Notes under the pieces: generated by a model | What the model was told of the DNA's origin: nothing | Seen by the model: the letters and a program-made list of their open reading frames with translations, nothing else | The model's database searches: none | Made by a program: the position numbers and the translations under genes | Part shown: positions 58,237-64,000 of the stretch, in pieces | Layout of the letters: every line of letters begins with the position of its first letter | Numbering within the stretch: position 1 is the stretch's first letter | Assembly: GCA_039030515.1 (NCBI GenBank) | Contig: JBCCEA010000005.1 | Location: 64,001-128,000 of the forward strand | Direction: 5' to 3' | Source: Myxococcota bacterium | Lineage (GTDB): Bacteria; Myxococcota_A; Polyangia; Polyangiales; Houyiibacteriaceae | Length of the DNA stretch: 64,000 nucleotides

Positions 58237-59256
58237 GTGACGGTGGCGCGCTCTTCGCGAATACGTCTCGTTGTGCTGAGCGACTCCGGTCGTTCGGCGA
58301 AAACGCTGGAGGTGCGACGCTGCTGGGTGTACTCGCTTGGAGCCCTACCCCTCTCGCTTTTGGCACTTGGATTTATGCTGGGCAAAAGCGCGCGTCCCCT
58401 TCCCGTTTCCTTGGAAGCCCGTGTGGAACAAGCGCCCTTGGCCGCTCCCAGATCACCAGCGCCTGAGCAACCACAGCCTCCCTCTCCCGGGCGGCATGCT
58501 CCTCCGCCCGTCATCCCGGCAACTCCCGAGCTCGATCGGAGTCCTCAGCGATGCTCCGGCAGACTCGTGCCCGATCGCGGCAACTTTCACGGCAAAGTCG
58601 CGCTGACCTTTGACGACGGCCCCCATGCCGAGGCGACGCCGAAAATCCTCGATTTGCTTCGCCAGCACGAAGTTCCGGCAACCTTCTTTGTGAACGGAAA
58701 CGCCATCGACGATTCAACCCGTTGGATCGTTGAGGAGATCGAGGCCGATCCAAGTTTTTCGGTAGCGAGTCACGGTTACGCTCACGAGGATCTCTCTCGT
58801 CTTCCCTTTGATGAGGCGGCCTATTTGATCGATCGAAATCACGAAGTCCTCAGCAAATTGGGAGTTTCACCCCGTTATTTTCGTTTTCCATTCGGCCACG
58901 CGAACTGCGCGATGACGAGGGCGGTGCGCGCTCGAGGCTATCGGGTGGTGGGTTGGCATGTGAGTAGCGCAGACTGGTGTTTTGCCGAGCGTGGCGGAAC
59001 CTGCATGCCGCGTCGTCATAGATGGGTACAGACTCGATATCGTAGAGACATGTCCGGTCATGTAATGAAGCAAGTCCGGAGGGGAAACGGGGGCATCATT
59101 CTTTTTCACGACCGTCTCATGTTCACTGCAGAGCAGCTTGGCGGTATTCTGGAGCGTCTGCGGGATGAAGGTTACGTCTTCACCCGCCTCGGCGACGTGG
59201 GAACCTTTCCACGACTTAATGGCCATCGAATAAAGCGGTCCGATTCGACGATCTAG
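58237..59256 (+). CDS. Membrane-anchored polysaccharide (peptidoglycan-type) deacetylase, CE4
   Basis: TFDDGP, HGYAH, FRFPFG, ILFHD; N-terminal transmembrane helix and Pro-rich linker. Confidence 0.92.
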   Translation: MTVARSSRIRLVVLSDSGRSAKTLEVRRCWVYSLGALPLSLLALGFMLGKSARPLPVSLEARVEQAPLAAPRSPAPEQPQPPSPGRHAPPPVIPATPELDRSPQRCSGRLVPDRGNFHGKVALTFDDGPHAEATPKILDLLRQHEVPATFFVNGNAIDDSTRWIVEEIEADPSFSVASHGYAHEDLSRLPFDEAAYLIDRNHEVLSKLGVSPRYFRFPFGHANCAMTRAVRARGYRVVGWHVSSADWCFAERGGTCMPRRHRWVQTRYRRDMSGHVMKQVRRGNGGIILFHDRLMFTAEQLGGILERLRDEGYVFTRLGDVGTFPRLNGHRIKRSDSTI

Positions 59257-59267
59257 GGGGTGTTTCC

Positions 59268-59705
59268 ATGTTTGGAAAAAAGACAGCGGGTAGCCAGGGT
59301 GGAGCGACTGTGATCGGCCGCGGCGATCGCTTTGAGGGCACGCTACGCGTTTCGGGAATGCTGCACGTCGACGGTGAAATCGTTGGAAGCATCGTCGTCA
59401 ACGGCCTAGTTTCCATAGGCCCTGCGGGGCTGGTGCAGGGAGAAATTGAGGCGGATAAGATTTCCGTTGCCGGGAAAATCGAGGGGCGCACCTACGCGCG
59501 AGGCCATCTGCATATGCTTGCAACCGGCATAGTCCGCGGAGAGGTTTGCTTTGCGTCTCTGCAGGTGGATCGCGGCGGTCTTCTCGACGGACATACGAGC
59601 GTTGTTGAACTGGACTCCAGCGCGGTCGCGCTACTCTCCGAGGGGGACGCCGAGGGAGACACAGGGGAAGACCCGAAGGATGGTGAGGAGAACGCGGCGG
59701 CATGA
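59268..59705 (+). CDS. Bactofilin (polymer-forming cytoskeletal protein)
   Basis: MFGKK membrane-targeting N-terminus, TVIG..., LHVDG, V.GEI.A repeats. Confidence 0.93.
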   Translation: MFGKKTAGSQGGATVIGRGDRFEGTLRVSGMLHVDGEIVGSIVVNGLVSIGPAGLVQGEIEADKISVAGKIEGRTYARGHLHMLATGIVRGEVCFASLQVDRGGLLDGHTSVVELDSSAVALLSEGDAEGDTGEDPKDGEENAAA

Positions 59706-59845
59706 AAGGATTCACCATCCTCATCGTTGACGAGCACGGCTGTTCAAGTCGGAGTATCTTTATCTCGCATGCGACTTTAGGAGTCGCGATAGGGATCGGT
59801 ACCGTTTTGGTGTTTTTAGGAATGGCTCTTGGTTTTCACAGCTAG
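59702..59845 (+). CDS. 47-aa membrane miniprotein
   Basis: Not in the ORF track; ATGA overlap with the bactofilin stop; MKGFTILIVDEHGCSSRSIFISHATLGVAIGIGTVLVFLGMALGFHS. Confidence 0.7.
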   Translation: MKGFTILIVDEHGCSSRSIFISHATLGVAIGIGTVLVFLGMALGFHS

Positions 59846-59887
59846 AGAAAACAGCTCGCGAAGGCGGCAGATCCGTCGGTCACCGCT

Positions 59888-60577
59888 TTGTACGCTGCTG
59901 TGCCACATGCGGGCTCGAACGCGGTGGTGACGCGTTCGGAGGGAGAAGGTTCACGACGACGCCGAGCCCCAGACGAAAAGCGGAATCGAATCCTAGAGGC
60001 GGCGCAACTGCTCTTTTCTGAGCGGGGCTATGCGGAAACGAGCACTGCGGAGATTGCACGTCAGGCAGGCGTATCGGAAGGCATCGTATTTCACCACTTT
60101 GGCAACAAACAGGGGTTGCTGGGAGAAGTGGCCGCCGCATTTGGCCGAGGCGCCTCACTCGCGATGTTCGCGGGAATCTCGCCAGATCAGCCCCCAGACG
60201 CCTACGGCATGATCCGCCGGGTTTTCGAGTACTGTCGCGATCACGGTTTGCTGCATCAGATGCTGGTCCACGCGCGAGACCCCTCCGACTGGAACGTAGC
60301 CATGCAGGCCCATCGCCGAGTGATCATCTCCTCTCTAACGGAAGCGTTCACCCGGTGGAAAGCTTCAGGCCATATTCATACGGATCGACCCGAACTTGCA
60401 GCGCCTATGCTCTTCGGTCTCGTCGAGTCGGCCTTGATCAACTGTTTTGGAGACCGAGACGGCGAGGATTGGGAAGCCTACTTGGAAGAAGCAGTACGAC
60501 TTATCGAGGGTGCACTCTACGATACGCGCCCCTCGATTCCCCGCCCCATCGGTGCGGTTCGAGCAGATTCTGAGTAA
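59888..60577 (+). CDS. TetR/AcrR-family transcriptional regulator
   Basis: ILEAAQLLFSERGY, IARQAGVSEG, HHFGNK; start uncertain. Confidence 0.93.
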   Translation: MYAAVPHAGSNAVVTRSEGEGSRRRRAPDEKRNRILEAAQLLFSERGYAETSTAEIARQAGVSEGIVFHHFGNKQGLLGEVAAAFGRGASLAMFAGISPDQPPDAYGMIRRVFEYCRDHGLLHQMLVHARDPSDWNVAMQAHRRVIISSLTEAFTRWKASGHIHTDRPELAAPMLFGLVESALINCFGDRDGEDWEAYLEEAVRLIEGALYDTRPSIPRPIGAVRADSE

Positions 60578-60630
60578 AAAAAGCTCGGAATATCGGCGAT
60601 TCACCTTTCGAACCTAGGCTCGTTTGATTA

Positions 60631-60690
60631 TTGAGCTTGACTCAACAAGGGACAACCTCTATCCACAGTAGAGAGTTGAGTACCACTCAA
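60631..60690. promoter_or_regulatory. Two putative TetR operators (TTGAG-N5-CTCAA)
   Basis: Palindromes at 60631-60645 and 60676-60690, upstream of the efflux operon. Confidence 0.7.
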
Positions 60691-60709
60691 TAATCAGCCA
60701 GAGGTATCG

Positions 60710-61798
60710 ATGTCCCGCTTGAACCGAGTGTTCTTTGCTTTCGCCATAACGTGTGCAGCCTTCTTGTGGTACGGCCAGAGCGCTTCCACCAAAGCCGCTG
60801 AAGAACAGGAAGATCGACTGCGCATACCCGTCCGTACCGCGATGGCGGTGCAGCATCGAAGCGTTCATCGGCACCTACTCTATGGCACGACGCGCGCCGC
60901 AGACCGGGCTCGAGTGGCATTCACCGTTGGGGGGCGGATGGTCGCACGTTTGGTGGGCGTGGGAGATGAGGTGCGTGCAGGCCAAATCATCGCCCGCCTC
61001 GATCCACAACCTTTTCGAAATCAGCTGCAGGTAGCGGCTGCAAACGTCAGTAAAGTAGATGCACAGTTACTGAAGAGTGGGCAAGACCAAACACGAGTGT
61101 CGGCGCTGCTAAGAGATGGGGTAGCGACGACTGCGCGCTGGGAGCAGATTGAGGCGCAGGCAGATGGTTTGAACGCCGCAAGACGAGCTGCTGAGGCTCA
61201 AATGCTCGAGATGCGTCGAGTCTCGGGTGAGGCCGAATTGCGGGCGCCGCTTTCGGGTACGGTACTCGAGGTGGTCGCTGAATCCGGCGAGGTTGTGGCC
61301 CCAGGGTCGCCGATACTCTTTCTAAGTGGTCAACAATTTGAAATCGCTGTAGATCTTCCCGAGACGCTGGTAGGGCGCATGCACCCTGGCCTACAAGCCT
61401 CCGTGCTTCTGCCGTCCTCAGGACGGCGCGTTCGCGGGGTGGTCGAATCCATTGCCGATGCGCCAGCAGCGGGCCGGCAGTTTCCGATGATCGTGCGGCT
61501 AGAGCCAGCGGAGGATCACACTGGGCCTCCGTTGCGAGCCGGATTCTCGTCCGAAATAGAAATCGAGATCGAGACACAAAACGCACTTTTTGTGCCACTT
61601 GCTGCCGTTGTCGATCCGTCCGGACAACGACCTTTTTGTAATCGAGTTCGTGCAGGATCTATTGACCGAGCCTTCGTCAAGGTAGGTGGTCTCAGCTCCG
61701 AGGGTGTTCTGATCGAGCGCGGCTTGTCGGCTGGGGACGAGGTCGTGGTTGAAGGGAACCACCTCTTGCTTGAGGGTGACCTCGTCGAGGTTCTTTAG
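60710..61798 (+). CDS. RND efflux periplasmic adaptor subunit
   Basis: Lipoyl-like half-motifs GDEVRAGQIIARLD and LRAPLSG, coiled-coil hairpin, GLSAGDEVVVEG. Confidence 0.93.
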   Translation: MSRLNRVFFAFAITCAAFLWYGQSASTKAAEEQEDRLRIPVRTAMAVQHRSVHRHLLYGTTRAADRARVAFTVGGRMVARLVGVGDEVRAGQIIARLDPQPFRNQLQVAAANVSKVDAQLLKSGQDQTRVSALLRDGVATTARWEQIEAQADGLNAARRAAEAQMLEMRRVSGEAELRAPLSGTVLEVVAESGEVVAPGSPILFLSGQQFEIAVDLPETLVGRMHPGLQASVLLPSSGRRVRGVVESIADAPAAGRQFPMIVRLEPAEDHTGPPLRAGFSSEIEIEIETQNALFVPLAAVVDPSGQRPFCNRVRAGSIDRAFVKVGGLSSEGVLIERGLSAGDEVVVEGNHLLLEGDLVEVL

Positions 61799-61799
61799 G

Positions 61800-64000
61800 A
61801 TGCACTCTATTCTTGCACTTCTAATGAGGCCGCGTCTGACCTTGTCGGTCGCGCTCGTTCTTTCAGCGATTGGGGGGGTTTGCTGGAGCACCATGCCGAG
61901 GGAAGAAGATCCAAAGCTGGCAGAGCGGCAGGGGATGGTGATCGCGTCTTATCCCGGGGCCGATGTCGAGACGATCGAACAGCAGGTCGTCGATCCCCTT
62001 GAGGAGGAGCTGGCTGCGGTGGACGAGATTCGCCGGGTGTCTGCAACGATTCGATCAGGAGTTGCGGTGCTGCAGGTGGAGCTCTTGGGAGAGATCATCG
62101 ACACCGATGAAGCTTGGAGGAACGTAGAGGAAGCACTGGAGAAGGCGAGAGCCGACTTTCCAGAGGACGCGCGGCATCCTGAGCTGAATCACGATCTCTT
62201 CGATACCGAGTCGGTACTCATCGCGATCACCGGCACCACCGATACCCTGCACCTATCCGACGTTGCTGAGGACCTTGAACGTACCCTTTTGGAGCTTTCT
62301 GAGGTTTCGCGCGTCGAGCGGAGCGGAGATCCCGAGGAGCAGCTGACGATCAAGTATGAGGACCGAACGGCGCGCCAACTGGGAATCAGTCCGATGCAGC
62401 TCGCCCGGATGCTTCGTGGTCGCAACACAACCACCCCGGGAGGACGCATTCGGGTCGACTTCAAGAGCGTCGATGTACGCCCTCTCGCAGAGTTTCAGAG
62501 TGCGCAAGAGCTGCGTCAGACTCCGATCATGCTCGCGTCTGGGTCCTCGGTGCCGCTCGCCGATGTGGCCGAAGTTTCCCGAATGCCGCTCGAGCCCGTG
62601 AAGAGCTACGCGCGATTGAACGGCGCCCCCGCGGTGGTGGTGGGAGTCGTTCCGCGAAACCGCATCGACGCAATTCGGTTTGGGGTGCTCGTGCGGGAGA
62701 AAGTGGCGGAGTTTCGATCTAAGCATCCCGAAGTCTCCTTTGTCGAAGTGGCTTTTCAGCCCGACAAAGTACAAAGCCGACTCTCAGAGCTTGGCGGATC
62801 GCTTGCGCTAGGAATCGGAATCGTAGCGCTGGTCGTGATCTTTTTTATGGGAGTGCGTCTTGGACTGGTCGTCGCCGCCATCGTGCCCCTCGTGACGTTT
62901 GCTGGGCTCGCGATCTACGCGGCAGGCGGCGGCATCTTGCACCAAATCGCGGTAGCGGCGCTCGTCTTGGCGCTTGGGCTGCTGGTCGACAACGCGATTG
63001 TCGTTGCAGAGCATATTCAACATCGCATCGACCTCGGCAGCTCCGGAGCGGATGCAGCAGCAGACGCCATTCGAGAGCTCGCCGTACCGCTCGGGGCGGC
63101 AACCGCTACGACGCTCGCCTCCTTTTTGCCGATGCTTCTCGCAGCAGGAACGAGCGGAGACTTCACTCGGGCGATACCGGTGGTCGTTATGATCACCCTG
63201 TGTGCGAGCTATCTCTATGCTTTGGCGGTCACTCCCTCGCTCTCCGCGCTTTTTCTCAAGCCATCGGCAAAAAGATCCTTGCGCATGGAGTCCATTTCGC
63301 AGCGCATCGGTGCGCTAGCCGTTAGCAAGCCGCTTGTGGTTCTCTCTGCTTCGCTCGCACTCACTATCGTCGCTCTGTCCTTTGCAACTCAGGTCGCCTT
63401 CAACTTCTTTCCTTCTTCCGATCGAGAACAGATGATCGTCGAGATAGAGCTACCGGAGGGAACCCATATTTCCCGTACAAGCGACGTCACGAGACAGCTT
63501 GAGGCACAACTGATCGGTCATCCAAAGGTGCGTCAAGTGGCAGCATTCGTGGGTCGGAACGCACCGTACTTTTACTACAACCTGAGGCGTCTACCGGATA
63601 GTCCTCATCTCGCGCAGATCATCGTCACCACCACGGGTCCCGAGGCCGTCACTGAAGTGCAAGAATTTGCGCGCAGCTTTGCCCGTCAGGAACTTGCAGA
63701 TGTCGTCCTCATCGCGCGTCGTCTCGAGCAAGGACCGCCGACAGCAGCCCCAGTTGAGGTTCGCGTCTACAGCGAAGATCTGCTTGCACTATCGGAGGCC
63801 ACCGACGCGGTGATGCGTGTCGTACGTAGCACACCCGGCGCCATAGATATCCGCTCTACCCTCGGCAACGGTAGGGCAAGCCTACGCTACGAGATCGACG
63901 ACGCGGCCGCTTCTCGGCTCAACGTAGATCGCTCGGCAGTCGCCTCTTCACTCTACGGCCGAACCACCGGTCTCTTGGTCGGGCAGTACCGTGCAGGAGA
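61800..64000 (+). CDS. RND efflux permease (AcrB/AcrD/AcrF family), truncated by the window end
   Basis: Not in the ORF track; MPREEDP, YPGA, LGLLVDNAIVV, FFPSSDR. Confidence 0.93.
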   Translation, partial: MHSILALLMRPRLTLSVALVLSAIGGVCWSTMPREEDPKLAERQGMVIASYPGADVETIEQQVVDPLEEELAAVDEIRRVSATIRSGVAVLQVELLGEIIDTDEAWRNVEEALEKARADFPEDARHPELNHDLFDTESVLIAITGTTDTLHLSDVAEDLERTLLELSEVSRVERSGDPEEQLTIKYEDRTARQLGISPMQLARMLRGRNTTTPGGRIRVDFKSVDVRPLAEFQSAQELRQTPIMLASGSSVPLADVAEVSRMPLEPVKSYARLNGAPAVVVGVVPRNRIDAIRFGVLVREKVAEFRSKHPEVSFVEVAFQPDKVQSRLSELGGSLALGIGIVALVVIFFMGVRLGLVVAAIVPLVTFAGLAIYAAGGGILHQIAVAALVLALGLLVDNAIVVAEHIQHRIDLGSSGADAAADAIRELAVPLGAATATTLASFLPMLLAAGTSGDFTRAIPVVVMITLCASYLYALAVTPSLSALFLKPSAKRSLRMESISQRIGALAVSKPLVVLSASLALTIVALSFATQVAFNFFPSSDREQMIVEIELPEGTHISRTSDVTRQLEAQLIGHPKVRQVAAFVGRNAPYFYYNLRRLPDSPHLAQIIVTTTGPEAVTEVQEFARSFARQELADVVLIARRLEQGPPTAAPVEVRVYSEDLLALSEATDAVMRVVRSTPGAIDIRSTLGNGRASLRYEIDDAAASRLNVDRSAVASSLYGRTTGLLVGQYRAG

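Overview
GC-rich (~60%) bacterial chromosome segment whose gene repertoire looks myxobacterial (Myxococcota; inferred from the families present, not proven). The backbone carries typA, speA, xth, a TPR-Slt lytic transglycosylase, lolC/E, two hsp20 genes, a two-component pair, a CarH-like B12 photoreceptor operon, an MbnP/MbnH pair, bactofilin and a TetR-RND efflux unit. The clearest accessory feature is a ~5.9 kb integrative element (36843-42808) inserted in tRNA-Gly(GCC). It duplicates the 5' half of the tRNA and carries a replacement tRNA promoter inside the end of its integrase gene. It encodes Int, Xis, an HUH Rep-like protein, an HTH protein and a three-gene cargo operon (TIGR04255-like protein, helical protein, permuted papain-like protein) that is a candidate uncharacterised defence or toxin system. 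Other notable items: (1) a 1075-aa aminotransferase-GNAT-pseudo-aminotransferase whose two PLP domains show complementary motif loss; (2) a deacetylase-bactofilin-miniprotein module; (3) several orphan genes with eukaryote-like motifs (tandem IQ, F-box-like plus beta-propeller, His-Asn-Gln/Cys protease-like); (4) a 188-bp direct repeat bracketing an orphan gene; (5) many unrelated short tandem repeats at gene boundaries. All family calls come from motifs read by eye; no searches were run.
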